Assembly (NCBI GenBank): GCA_963693365.1
Contig: CAVNZM010000005.1
Coordinates: forward strand, 1,116,001 to 1,180,000
Reading direction: 5' to 3'
DNA: 64,000 bases
From: Amoebidium appalachense
Taxonomy: Eukaryota; Protista; Ichthyosporea
In this document: piece after piece, positions 1 through 13,178 of the stretch
How positions within the stretch are numbered: position 1 is the stretch's first letter
Layout of the letters: each line of letters begins with the position of its first letter
Program-made: the position numbers and the translations under genes
Notes under the pieces: model-generated
The model's input: the letters and a program-made list of their open reading frames with translations, nothing else
What the model was told of the DNA's origin: nothing
Database searches by the model: none

Positions 1-111
1 GGAAGGGGGGGGGAGGGGGGGGGATTCGCAACACACACACATGCAGACCTCAACCGACACCCACACCCACACCCACCTGACACCCACCCACCCTCACACA
101 CGTCAACCCCC

Positions 112-167
<56 letters not shown>

Positions 168-169
168 AC

Positions 170-2196
170 CCTTGGGCGCATGCACCTAGCCGGGCACACC
201 ACAGTCACATGGCCTCTATCTGTCGGGTGGCACCTTCTAGGGCACGTGTGCCCACAGCCCATCCGGTAGCCACACCCCTCACTGCAGCCGCCATCCACCA
301 CAAATGTGCGAAAATCTTCCGGCCGATTGATCTTTGTGACCTTTTCTGGGTGGTTGTCGCATCTCAACGGGAGAGATCGGCCGAAATTTCCGGAATCTTC
401 GAGCATGTCTAGGATTTGAGGCCACAGATTGGGTGGCTTTCTGCGGGCACGCAAAGTGGCAGAATTGCCGAAGATGTACATGCCGTGCATGGCGCGGGAT
501 AGGAGGACGTTTGTGCGATTGGGCGTGCGCAGGAATCCGATCTGGCCTAATCGGTTGTTGCGGACCAATGAGATGATCACAACCTTGGCCTCCTCCCCCT
601 GATTGGTGGAAGTTCGGTTAGGAATTTGGGTGGGTATCTTGGAGGTGAAGGGGTTACCCTGCTATTTTAGGCAGCTGAAGGCTTGTAGGTATTTTAGAGC
701 ATCCAATACAGCTGGGGAATGGGTGGTGGATTGATTGTGTAGCTGGGGGAGAGGGGGGGGGGGGGGGGGCAGATTGTCCGGCAATTTTGGATAACCAGGC
801 CTGGAGTTCATAAATTCATAAAGAGATATCACCAAAGGGGCATGTTGTGGTCATGGATAGGGTGTGTGTGTGTGTGTGTTTCTAATTGTGTGCTTGTGTG
901 TTTCTTTTTTTTTTGAGGATGGGGAAGGGGGGGGGGGGAGGGGGAGGAAGGAGGGAGACGGGGGGGGGGGGGGGGGAGGAAGGAGGGAGGGGGGGGGGGA
1001 GGGGGGGGGGGGGGGAGGGGGGAGCGCTTAAAGGCTTTCTGACCTGGAAATTGTCGATGGTAGCCATCCGAACTTGGTTCCGCAATGTTCCCTCCACCAC
1101 GGTTCCCTCATCTTTCACCATCCTCCTGACCCCCCTCTTACCAGTTGTCTTTGAAATTTCATCCGTTGAACCCCCCTCCTCCTTTTCCTCCAAATCAGCC
1201 ATTGTAGCCGCATCCCTCTCATCCACAAACACCATCGTTTCCTTCTGTAATTCCTTGCGTAATTCCATCAGTTGACCCACGTACGGGGTGAGAATTGCAA
1301 TGTCCCCCGGTTCGTACCCTTTCTGCTGCAGCAGGTACCGGGTTAATCCGACCACCCACCTCACTTCTGATTGGTTCCTCTTCGATCTCCCATCACCCTC
1401 GTCCCCCTCCCCATCCTCCTTTCCATCGTGGTCGAGAAAGTAAAGAGGACACTCCATGCCGTTAACGGGGGGGTAGGTTTCCACCTGGGGGTGATCTTCC
1501 AAATTTGGGTAAATCGATTTCCTAATGAGGCGGCTGATGGTGGGGCGCATTCTCCTCTGTGTGGTGAGGGTGGCTACAGGGTAGTTTTTATTATTAGCCA
1601 GGCGCTCAAACAGGGATACATCGAGGTCATAGCCCTGCCGACTCTCAACACTCAGCTCGTACACCTGTGTGGGCGGTTAAGGTAGTGCCATTGGTTTGTG
1701 TGTGAGAGAGAGGTGCTAGTGGTGGTGTGGGGGGGGGGGAGGGAGAAGGAGGACTCCGGGTCAGAGAGCCCGGGGGTGGCGGGTGGAGGGGGAGAGGGGG
1801 GAAGGGGAAAGGGGAAGATAGATTTTGCAGGTAAGATGATAGGTTAGTGATTTGCAAGAAAATTATGCAAGACATTTATTCACATGGTTTACACCCAACT
1901 GGTGATCAGAATGCCCAATCCACGCCTATCTCCCATGCATCCTTTCACCCTTCCCCGCATTCTTATGGAATGGAAATTTTGCATTCCCACCAGTACCGTA
2001 CCTCGCACTTAGGCCTCAGCTGTCGGTGGTCGCCAATCAGAATCAGGTGCTGTGTGCGTGCAGTCAGGCAGGCAAGAATGTGGCCCTCCAATACCTCTGC
2101 TGCCTCCTCAACAACAAGCACACGCGCACCAAGCGCAGTCAGAAGGCCCTGTGTGGGTGTGTGGGTGTGTGGGTGCGTGGGTGGGGGGGGTTAGGA

Positions 2197-2234
<38 letters not shown>

Positions 2235-3491
2235 GGACTCCTCCCTGGAGGAGGAAAGCCACCGATAGGGGATGGGATGGATTTGCTTAAGGATTAACGG
2301 TATGAATGTGTGTGGTTATGATGGGATTAGGGGGGGGAAGGGGGGAAGGAGGGAGGGGGGAGCGTAATAAGGTGGGAATGTGAACAGTTTGGTCTTGTGT
2401 ACATGTGGCAAAGGGTTATGATGGGGTCTTTTATTTTTCTTTATTTGGTGGGTGGGGGAGGGGATGAGGGCGGAGGGGGGGGTGGGGGGGTTGCAGAGAT
2501 AATTTGTCGGGTTGGTTAAAGGGTAGCCCACATGTACCTGTGTGTGACGTGCATCTTTCTGGGCCGTCGCCTTTCTCTTTTCTTTTTTCAGTTCTTATAA
2601 CATCAATAGGGTGGCAGGGGGTGGGGGGGGGGGGGGGGGGGGGGGGGAGGAGGAACGAAGGAAAACCATACACTGCAATAGAAACCGAAATTTATCTCGA
2701 GACTATTTTTCTGTTTGTTTTTTGGGGGGGGGAGGGGGGGGACGGGGGGATGATACGCAAATGCGGAAGTGATCAACGTGAGCAATCTGCATCAGCAAGC
2801 ATCAACATAGCAAGGATACAGCAAGGGGAACCCGATTGATCCACAAGGGGGGGGGGGGGGGGGGGGGGGGGGGGAGGATAAAGGGACAGGAGTTGAGCAG
2901 AGGGAAAAAGAGAGGAGAGGGGGGGGGAAAGAGTGGGTGGATACCTGGTGCCTTGCCATGCCGTTTGTGGTCAGCCCCACCACCGTGGCACCCTTCAGTA
3001 CGTTCATCTTGACGTCATCCTGCAACGATTGCAGCTCCATTTGCGCAAGTGCGTAGGAATTTAGGCTATCCCTCAGCTGCCTGACCAGATCTTCCACTAC
3101 CATGTGCCGCCATTCTTCGATCAGTTGCCGTTTTTCGTTGATCGGTCGTTCTTGTGGATGGGGCTGCAACCGCGTTGGGAAAGGTGGTGGCTCGTTGGGA
3201 CGGGGCTGCCAAAAAACAGCGCGACTGTTTAGTACAGCAATCCCCATTAAAAACGAAAGTGGAGGGGAGGAGGGGGGGAAGAGGAAGAAGAGAAAGCAGG
3301 TGCCAAACACTCATGCTGATGAATTGTGGAACGGCATAAAGAGTCCCTGAGCAGGCACCGGGCGGGCGGGCGGGGGGAGAAGGGGTGGCGAGGGGAGTAT
3401 TCAATGATACACCGTTCACAAATCAAACCTAGCAGCCGTTTCAAAACACATGATGAAAAGGAAGATGCCGCAATAGAAGGGAGCGGGGGGG

Positions 3492-3536
<45 letters not shown>

Positions 3537-4743
3537 ACAAAATCACAAAGGAGAATGAGAAAGGATTATGTCAGAATCATATAAGAAGCAGCGCAGAAAT
3601 AGAAGGTCGGTGGAAGGAAGAGGTCGACCAGAGAGTATCTCCTGGGGGTCCCGCGGGGGGGGGGGGGGGGGTAGAATGGGACTCACCAGTGTCTCGGCAT
3701 CGATAAATGCAGCAAACCGATTGGGCGTTGCCGTCCAATCACCTCCGCCCTGTCCATCTGATTGGTTCCCATCCCCCCCATTTCCACCCGCTTGTCCCCT
3801 CCGCAACCAATCCTCCATAGGGTCCCTACGTGACCCAACATGCTCGAAACTTCCACCCTCTTCCGCCTCTTCCTCATCCAGATCCATCCTATCATCAGCC
3901 CAAATATCTCCCCCTCTGGTTATCTCGTCGTATATCTCGGGAAAATTCACGGCCACCACGTTTTCCACGTCTGCCCATTTCAATCTCGGCCTGGTTGACG
4001 TGTCTCTCAGTGCAGTTTTGATTTTCTCCACCACCCTCTGCTGTGCTTCGAGCCTCTCGTGGGCCTTAGCCAACAGGTAGCGCTGTGTTTTGGTGCGCTG
4101 ATTGCTCCCCCTGATGGTAGGGTTTTTGAGGGAGGGTAGGAGTGTGAGAGGGGGGAGAAGGGTGGGTGGGTGGGTGGTTGAAAGGGTGGGAGGGGATGGA
4201 GGGAGGGGGTGGTGTGAGGGAGTGAGAGAGAGAGAGAGAGGGACGGAGGGAGGGAGGGAGGGAGGGAGGGAGGGAGGGAGGAAGGTTGGGCGCATGGGTG
4301 TGTGGGTGCATGGGTGCGTGGGTGTGTGGGAGGGAGGGAGTAGAGGGAGGAGGATTGAGAGGGAGGAAGGGAAGGACGGAGGGAGGGGAAGGGGGGAGGA
4401 GGGAGGAAAGGAGGAAGGGAGGGAGGGAGAGAGAGATGGAGGGAGGGAGGGAGGGAGAGAGAAAAGGCATATACCGGAGGAAGAGGGGGGAAGGGGGTAG
4501 GAGAAAGTGCAAATAGGTGGGTGGGTGGATGTGTGTGTTCGTTTGAGTGCTTAAGTACCTTTCGTGGGTGGATCGGTGGTAGTGGATATGAGTAGTGAGC
4601 TCAGGAAATAGGGCACTTCGTGGGATGCAAATGGGTGTGGGCTTTGGGGTCGTGGTGGGGGTGGTTGGGGGGAGGGAGGGGTTGAGGGGGGGGGGGGGGG
4701 GAGGGGTGTGGCTATACATGCTCTTCTACCCTCCCCCCCCCCC

Positions 4744-4774
<31 letters not shown>

Positions 4775-4883
4775 ACATTTCCCCCCCCCCTCCCCCCTCA
4801 CCCTCCAAAAAAAAAAAAGAAAAAGGCCGAGAGAGACAGAAACAACCTAAAATCCACCACGAAACTAACCAAAGGTCTACAAA

Positions 4884-4914
<31 letters not shown>

Positions 4915-6765
4915 ATAAGATAATAAAAACAAACAACAAAAAATACTGAAACTGGATCATTTCATAAGCCCACCCTTTTTTCCTGGCCTGTGTTTCGTAC
5001 TTCACCCGACGCGGTTTTCGTTATGGAAGTTCGTCAATCATTTTTGCTCCTTCAACCTCGTACCAGTCTTCATTTTGTTCTATCTCCCCTTGTTACTATC
5101 CCCCCATGTTACTATCTCCCCTTGTTTCTATCCCCCCTTTTTACTATCACCCCCTCTTATAATTTCCCCTTGTTATTATATCCTTCTTTTTTTTTATCAA
5201 CTCCTGTTATTATCTACCTTGACTTATTGCATTCGGGGATGTTCGTGTGTGAGTCGCAACTCGTCCGCACACTTATATGTTCGCTGCGTTTTTTTTTTTT
5301 TTTTTTTTTTTTTTGGGGGGGGGGGGGGGGACCCACTTGACCAAGTTGATCAAATTGCAATTGGCCAATTCCACCCGATCCGACTTGCTCCGTCCACCAA
5401 TCCGAACGATCCCTTTCACACCCGAGTCCATAAGAGCCAATAGAAACTGGTCTAGCGCATGATTTGTCAAACACACGCACACGATTGGTCCGATCTGCGG
5501 TTTGGTGTTGTTGGGTCGACGGACCCATTCCATGTTGGTGTTGGTACCCCCCGTGATGCAATTTCGCAGAAATAGTTGCACGATTTTGACCCCTACGTAC
5601 GTCTTGCCGGTCCCCGGAGGCCCCTGTGTGCAACATTATGGATGAGTGATGTTGGCTTGGAGGTGCATGTAGGTTGTACAGATTCATGCATGTGCACACA
5701 CACAAATGACCACATGTCCCACAAACGCACATGCACATGCACACGGCCTTACGGACTATTACACATACCTAATGAGTGCCCATATGAAAAAGTGCATATG
5801 CAAATATCGACACACCTCACAAACTCAGGTGCTAACACCCATATATTTGCAGATACACACATGTGTGCGCACAAACACGCACCCACTCATATGCACAGAC
5901 AGGCGCACAAATGATATATATACCCAAAGATACCCCCTTTAAACATCTTACACCCACTCACCCACCCACCCACCCACCTGTATGAGTGCAAATTCCCTCG
6001 TGAGTGCCATTTTCACCGCCTCTGCCTGCCCCCGATCCAACGTCGTTGCCTCCCGAAGCTCCACCAATGGAAACTCGCCCTCCTGCCCGACACGCACATT
6101 CCTCAACCGGTCTACCGTTATCTGATTGGTTCCGGGCTCGACCAATGACGACAAATCAAACACGGTGTCGTCATGGATGTATGCAGGAGGTGCGGGCTGG
6201 ATGGTTCCAGACCCAACCAGATACTTGGACAGGGGCAGGGTGCCATCGCCCAGTTTCTGCAGAGCGGTGAGCACTGGCGAGTAGGCAAAAAAGCTGGCAG
6301 ATGCCTCAACCATACTGATCTTGCCCGGCCCGGCCCGGCCCGATAGCATCAGATTGCACAGGGTCTCGTGGTCATCGTCCCCACACGGAACAATCCCGAT
6401 CTGCGCACGATCGACGCTGTGGACCAAATTTGGAAGACATCGGCCGTTTCGATTGACCAATCGCATTTCGACTTCGCGCTCGGAAACGGTCGCAAATACC
6501 AGTTGCAGGCGGTCCGCCTCGTTGGGTGAGTCGGGTCGGGTCACCCACAAACAGACTAGCGACCCATGAAGCAGGTGGCGGGTGTTGGTCCAATAGCGCT
6601 TAAGGTCGTCCATGCGCTCCTTCTTCTTCCCTTTTTGGGAATTGCGGGTACAGCGCTGATCAAACTCGATGGTGTAGAAGAAATCACCCCCACGATTGCT
6701 TGCGCTGGCAGAGAGGTCTTGCACCTGTGTGTGGGATGATGCGTGGTGGTGGTGGGTGTGTGTGT

Positions 6766-6797
<32 letters not shown>

Positions 6798-7014
6798 GGG
6801 GAGGTGGGAAAGGTGATTGCGGAGCACTAGAAGGTGGGGAGGGGAGGAGGTGGGGGGGCAGGGGGGAGGGAGTGGGAGATGGACCCGAGGATTGTTAATA
6901 CTACTCCTGATCATGATTTGACTCGCCACGTATTTTTTTTGTGCTGCCTTAGGTTCAGCAGGTGTGGCGAAAGAGGGGGGGGGGGGGGGGGGGAGGGGGC
7001 GGAGGGGGGAGATG

Positions 7015-7076
<62 letters not shown>

Positions 7077-7603
7077 AGGGGGACGGGGGACCGGAGAAAA
7101 CATACTCTCCCAGGCTTCACACGCACACACCTGCACATGTGAAAACACAAACAGGTCAACACTGTCCCTCTCTCCGTTCTTGGCGCTAAATCTGCCACCG
7201 GGGAGCTCGCCCAAACCCGGACCAGCCTGAATTAGAGCCGTTGCACTGTTCAGAAGGGGGGCCAAAATGTCGTGACGGAGAAGACGAAACTGAACGTCTA
7301 AATGGCGGTCCACACGAAGATCGGGGGGAAGGTGGTGCGCTCCTCCTGCGGTGAAAAGAGGTGCGTGGAGTGATGGTGATGGTGATGATGGTGGTGGGGG
7401 GAGGTTGGGAGGGGAGGGGGATAAAGTGGCCCGGGAAAGGGGTTACCCAACACAACGTGGGTAGTATGGGGAAGCACTCTTGTATTCTATGCTAAGTTTC
7501 TGCTTTGTTTTAAGTTTATGTGTTTGAGTTTCTTATTTCACGCTTTTAGACGCATAGCCTCCGGAGGGCTGTTGGAGGCAGAGGGGCGGGGGCGCGGGGG
7601 CGC

Positions 7604-7634
<31 letters not shown>

Positions 7635-7848
7635 AGCAGAGCAATGGGCAAAAGTTGTGGATTCCGGCTGAAGCTGAAAAAAGAAATGGAAATGGCGGGG
7701 TTGTGAGCATGGGCCCGTGTATGTTTTTTCTTTATAGGGCAAGTTTTTGGTAACTGACAAAAAAAAGAAAAAAGGGGGGGGGGGGGGGGTGGGGAGGGCG
7801 GGGGAGGGCGGGGAGACTGATGATGAAATCCCCCCCCTGATGATGAAA

Positions 7849-7883
<35 letters not shown>

Positions 7884-9296
7884 CTTCCCCCCCCCCCTCA
7901 AAAAAGAAAGAAAGACAGAAAGAAACAAAGAAACAAAGAAAACAAAAACCCACCACCACCACAACGTACCCACCTCCACCGTCTCACTGTGGTTTACCCG
8001 CAATCCCTATTTTGTTCTCCCCAGTTCTTCCTTCTTTTCTGTTACGCACCTTCATTACCATTTTTTCATCTAATTCTTTAACTCGTCCAGTATCCATTTT
8101 CCCTTGCAGGGTATTTACCTGGCTTAGGCAGGTAGGGCATGTGGGGCGACAGCACCTCCCCCTGGGTCGGCCCGACCCGAATGGCCCGATAGTCCACGTG
8201 GTCATTATCATGCCGGCCCTCTCCCCTTAGACTCAGTTCCCCAGGCCCGTCAAGTGCCTCCGTTCCATCTTCATTCCTTCGATTGAAAAACCCCCCTCCC
8301 CGTCCAAATAGACCCACCATTCTGTCTTCTCTTTCACGCTGCTCCGTTCTTTTTGCCTCCCTCTCCCTGTGCTTCCTTGCCTCACCGATCAAAAGCGAAA
8401 CGGCGTTCAAATCCTCCCTCAACTCACGTGGTATTCCCTCCCCCGTGGCTCTGGCCCAATCATTCGCTCCACTTATTAGCGCATCCGCCAGCGCAGCCGC
8501 CGATTGGTTGAATTTCGTTGCGTGGTCTTTTGTCAGAACCAATCGCAAGAAGCACGTGATTGGACCCAGCACCTGTTTCCAGTCCTCTGGCTCCCATACG
8601 ACATCGGATTCCTTGGGTGCCTAGTCGTGCACAGTTGTGCCAAGTGGGCCGGTGGGGAGGGGTAGGCATCGTGCTAGAGCGGAGAGAAATTCCGGTTGGT
8701 TGATTGTTGCATAGATGGCGTTCACTTGCGATGCTAACGTGCTGTGCGACACAGACGGTAAGGAAAGAAACCGCACCAAGGGAACGACAATACGTTGAAA
8801 GGAAACGTTCTTGGGGGGGGTGCTAGCTTGAAGCGAGAACGCCGGAGAAAAGCTCACCAATGAACGAAAGTAGGAAATACCTTCTGGTTTTGAAAGCTGT
8901 GTGAGTGTCTGTGCCAAATCATTGTCCACACTCTGCAGAGCCGCCGAGACAAATTTCCTCATTTGGTGTTGTGACGAAAAAACACACTCCTCAACCCGTC
9001 TATTCAAAAACATGTGTAGACTCACAGAGGGTCTCCCCTCTCCCGTCCTCTCTCTCCCCGTTCCATATCCACCTCCACCACCCCCTTGTCTCCCCCCCAC
9101 TTGCCCTGAACCCCAAACCCCTTCATGCACATACTTGCACCTATCTCCATATTTACACCTTCCGACTTGAAAATCCTGGCAAATTTCCGTTTTCACCCTC
9201 TCTCCTCCCCCCCCGATATGTCGGCCCTCTTCCTCTACCCCCTCCCCCACCACCCCCTGCTCCTCGAGCGTGCCCACCCCGACCTCTTCCGTCCAT
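170..9296 (-). CDS. ZNFX1: ZNFX1/NFX1-type zinc-finger SF1 (UPF1-like) RNA helicase, 3'-partial; carries one apparent frameshift and one in-frame TAG
   Basis: Exons by GT-AG: 9296-8119, 7345-7131, 6724-5978, 5623-5337, 4110-3687, ~3225/3163-2945 (junction unresolved), 2148-2002, 1664-1044, 598-170. Motifs read through the junctions: RHDND, HLDVQFRLLRHD, Walker A LIQ/GPPGTGKT, CLTNHALDQ, VRIGGRS, VEEAAEVLE, LIGDHRQLRP, SLFERL, QRRMRP, ILTPYVGQ, TIDNFQ/GEEA, NRTNVLLSRA, then an NF-X1 finger (CGHTCPRRCH). N-terminal CCCH finger CQDFQVGRCKYGDRCKYVH. Confidence 0.9.
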
Positions 9297-10380
9297 GATT
9301 GTGTTCTATGTACTACATGTGTCTGTAGTAGGTTTTCATATAAAAGGGGGGGAGGGAAAGAAAGAAAAGAAAAAAAGAAAGAGAAAAAAGCGACGCCCAC
9401 ATTAAAATCCGCAAGTAACCAGGTAGCTAATACACCATCGAAGCCAGTGTAGAGAATGAAGTGTGAATAAACTGTCACAAACGCGTACGTTGGGGTAACC
9501 AGTGCGCGCACTGTGGCCACAACCCTCATCACCGGAACCGGCAAAAAGCAAATTTAACGAAGACCCGTTAAAAACAAACACCTTGCTGTGTTGACTGTTT
9601 TTAAAATATTAAAAAAGCAATGGTTATATAACATCACAGCATAAGCTACCCTTGATATGTTATCGTCGACTGGGCCTTGGGAAAGTCCGCACATAAGATT
9701 ATTCACAAACAAGGTCATTGACCTCTTGGTGGTTATGTATTTATATACCTTAGGATGTTGGAGCTAAAAAGATCCAAGTATCGTGCAGCCCATCAGTATG
9801 AATGAATAATTTGTGTCTGAATTGTAATACGACAAAAGTCCCTCCGATTTTTTTTTAAGCAACCAACGCATCACAACTGCACGCACGCGGACGCAGGGGC
9901 CACTCGCGTGTTCGTGTTCGTGTTCGACATGTTGAAACTTGAAAGCTCATCAGCGATTACACATCTTGAACACGGATCGATAACATGGACACGTGATTTC
10001 AGCTGGTCTTCATCAAGCCAGTTCGTTCACATGTGCAGACGTGTGTGTGTGTGCGTGCGTGCGTGTGCTGTGCGTGCGTGTGTGTGTGTGTGTGGGTATG
10101 GGTGTGTGCGTGCACATGTGTGCGTGTGTGTGTGCGCGTGCGTGCAGGCGGGTGAAACAGTTTCTCTTGCAGCTGTCAAGTTAGGTCGTGGGTTTTTACA
10201 ACGCGTGCACGGTGGGCATTATCCCCCACGTGCACATTTGGACCTTGTATGTAGGATTAATTATTACACGGTGTGCAGGCAACATTGGTGCCTTTGCCTC
10301 GACGTGAGTGCAATTGTGCTGCGGTGTGTGTCAGGGCTGTACACGTGCGTGTCCGTGTGTGGGTGTATGGGTGGGTGCGT

Positions 10381-10412
<32 letters not shown>

Positions 10413-11062
10413 GGGGGGGGGGGGGGGGCAAAGAAATTACGTGTGAGGCAGATGTTTATTTTGGTCGATTACATTGTGTGAGCGAGTGGTTTTGTGTGCT
10501 TGCGGGGCAGGTATTCTTTTCATTTCCTTACCTTTGAACTGGACATTATCATCAGAATTATTCTTTCAGGTCGTCTTTGGTGTGGGTACTAATTCCACGA
10601 CTGTCTACTTTTAAAGATACCGATAAAGGTGTATAAACGTGTTGTACACGTGGCATATGTGCAGCCTAAATAACCATTTGCGTCTGTGCGAGTGAGACAT
10701 GGCAGGGTTATGTTAGTGTCACCCTCAACTTGGAGTAATGCATATATTTGCAGTTTTGTTACACTCGAACTTAGAATTAGCAAAACCTTGGGTTGAATGA
10801 AATTATATGACCTTCACATCAGAAATAGTAAACACTATAGTACTGCCGTAAGGACGATGCTAACAATACTAAGTTGCTAAACTATGTTACTAATATCAAT
10901 AAAGAGAATAAGAATGATTTATTGAATAGTCGAATAGTTGAAATAGATATGTAGAAATAGCTGTATTTATTTTCATTTCAAATCGTCACATATCTATAAA
11001 TACAGCTATTTTACATAAGTTACTTCAACATATACTAGTAACCTAATACAAGCTAGTTCTAC

Positions 11063-12228
11063 TTATAAGGAATTTGCGGTTGGGTTTGTGGGACATGGTG
11101 CTCTTATGCACCCAAAGTCCCCCTTCATACATCGACATGCCTTACACAGGCCTGAGGGCTCCATCGGTAGCGTCACCCATGAGCCAAAAGCTACCAATCT
11201 GCCATCGGGGAGGTGACATGGTGCTGCAGCTGTGTGTGTGTGTGTGTGTGTGTGTCGCGCGCGTGTGCGTGTGTGAGCGTGCGCGCGCGCGCGCGCGCGC
11301 GTACGTGCGTGCGTGTGTGTGTGTGTGTGTGTGTGTGTTTGTGATTGTGTGTGTGTGTGTGTGTGTGCGTGTGTGCCACGGTGTGTGTGTGTGTGCGTGC
11401 GTGCGTGTGTGTGTGCATGCATGCGTGTGCGTGCGTGCCTGTGTGCGTGTGTATCTGCACGTGCGGGTGTACATATTGGAAGATTGAAGACAGGATGAAG
11501 GGGGGGACCCACCGCCCGGGGGGGGGGGGGGGAGGGGGAGGAGGGAGGGGGGGGGGAGGAGGAGGGGGGGGGAAGCTTGGTGGGGAAAAGAACAAACCAT
11601 CAGTGGGTATGGGTGGCAGTGAAGGTGATTGGTCTTTGGTATGCGGAGCTAGAGTGTGTGCACTCTGATACATGCACGTACCTGTCTTTGCAGGTGGCTT
11701 TGTGTTCAAGGTTCCGGGTTGTGTTAAAACACAACACGAACGTCGACCCCGAATTCCACCACAGAGCCGACAGAATCTCAGAGGGCCTCAACATTGGCCC
11801 CCCCCCCCCCCCCTCCTTCCCCGCACCCTCCACCCCCTTTTCCCCCCACCCCCACCCCACCCACACCCCCACACCCCCACACATACACCGTACCTCCCCC
11901 CCCCCCGGCCCTCTCCCCCTGCACCCGCTGTGCACACGCCACGCCCCTACCCCCCCCTCCTCTCTCCCCCCTCCCCATTTGCCCCTCCCCACCCAACCTT
12001 TCCTCACATACGTACCCTCACCTGCGGTTCCATTCCACCTGTAGGCCGGGTCCCTGCACGTGCACATGAACGAGCCAATCAGGTTGCTGCACTTGGCTGC
12101 CGGGCTGCAGTTGTGGGTTTGGCTCATGCACTCGTTGACATCTGATTGGGTAGATGTCGATTTTAGCGGCGCACCTGTGGAGTATAGGTACTCCTCATGG
12201 CAGAAGATTGTAATTAGCAGTGTTTTTT

Positions 12229-12259
<31 letters not shown>

Positions 12260-12738
12260 GGGGGGCTGGCTTTGAGGAAAGGCTGAGCTTGAAGGGCATA
12301 TCATTTCCCTAGATTTTGGTATGTAATTGATTAATTTGGCCCTTTTTTTGCGCAAAAGGGGACACGGGGTGGGGGATAAGGGTCGGAGGATGGGGCATGA
12401 CCCGAGGGTTTTGAAAAGAGGATACAACCCTTCCGGCTGACTTGTGCTACCTACCGTACTATGTAAATATTGTGCAGGTATCATTATGGTTGTCTTCATC
12501 TTTCGGTCTAAGGCTGGAGGGACATGTCTAAAGGAACTACAACCTTTGAACAACAGGTTTCAACTTGTGTCTGTGTGCGGGGGGGGGTTGGGATAGGTTA
12601 AGAGAATCAAGTACACCGACCCATCCCGGCCATTCTTTCCATCCCGGCCCCCCTCCCCCCCCCCCCCCCCCCCCCTTTCCCCCACCACCACCATCAACTC
12701 TCTCCAGTATGAGCGGTGAATAAAAAGGCAGGTTTTTT

Positions 12739-12789
<51 letters not shown>

Positions 12790-13105
12790 TGGTGGTGGTG
12801 GTGGTTTGATGGGTGCCGAGGGTGGGGGGGAAGGGGGGGGGGGGGGGGGGAGGGGGAGGGGGAGGGGGAAGAATGGCCCGGGTGGGTGGGTGGGTGGTTT
12901 GATGGGTGCCGGGGGTGGGGGGAGGGGGGAGGAGGGGGAGGGATGCGTACCGTTGCAAGAAAGTGTTGTGTTGGATAGATTGAATCCAGGGCCACAGGCA
13001 CACGTGTAGTTGGTCGATGAAGAGGGCTGGCAGCTGGCAAAGAGATCACACTGGTGGGTGCCCGAGGTGCATGCATCTAAGGGGTATGGAAGAGGAGAGG
13101 TTAGT

Positions 13106-13178
<73 letters not shown>

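Noticed and set aside
4551-4630. Possible extra ZNFX1 exon
   Set aside because: Exons ending at 5337 and starting at 4110 already join in phase (LVK/GSNQR).
5075-5215. Degenerate ~15-bp repeat (TGTTACTATCTCCCC)
   Set aside because: Short decayed intronic minisatellite with no further structure.
9600-10900. Transposon or RNA gene in intergenic DNA (also 32-34 kb, 41.3-43.3 kb, 44.3-45.7 kb)
   Set aside because: No transposase or RT motifs, terminal repeats, or tRNA/rRNA patterns recognised by eye; a covariance-model search was not possible.
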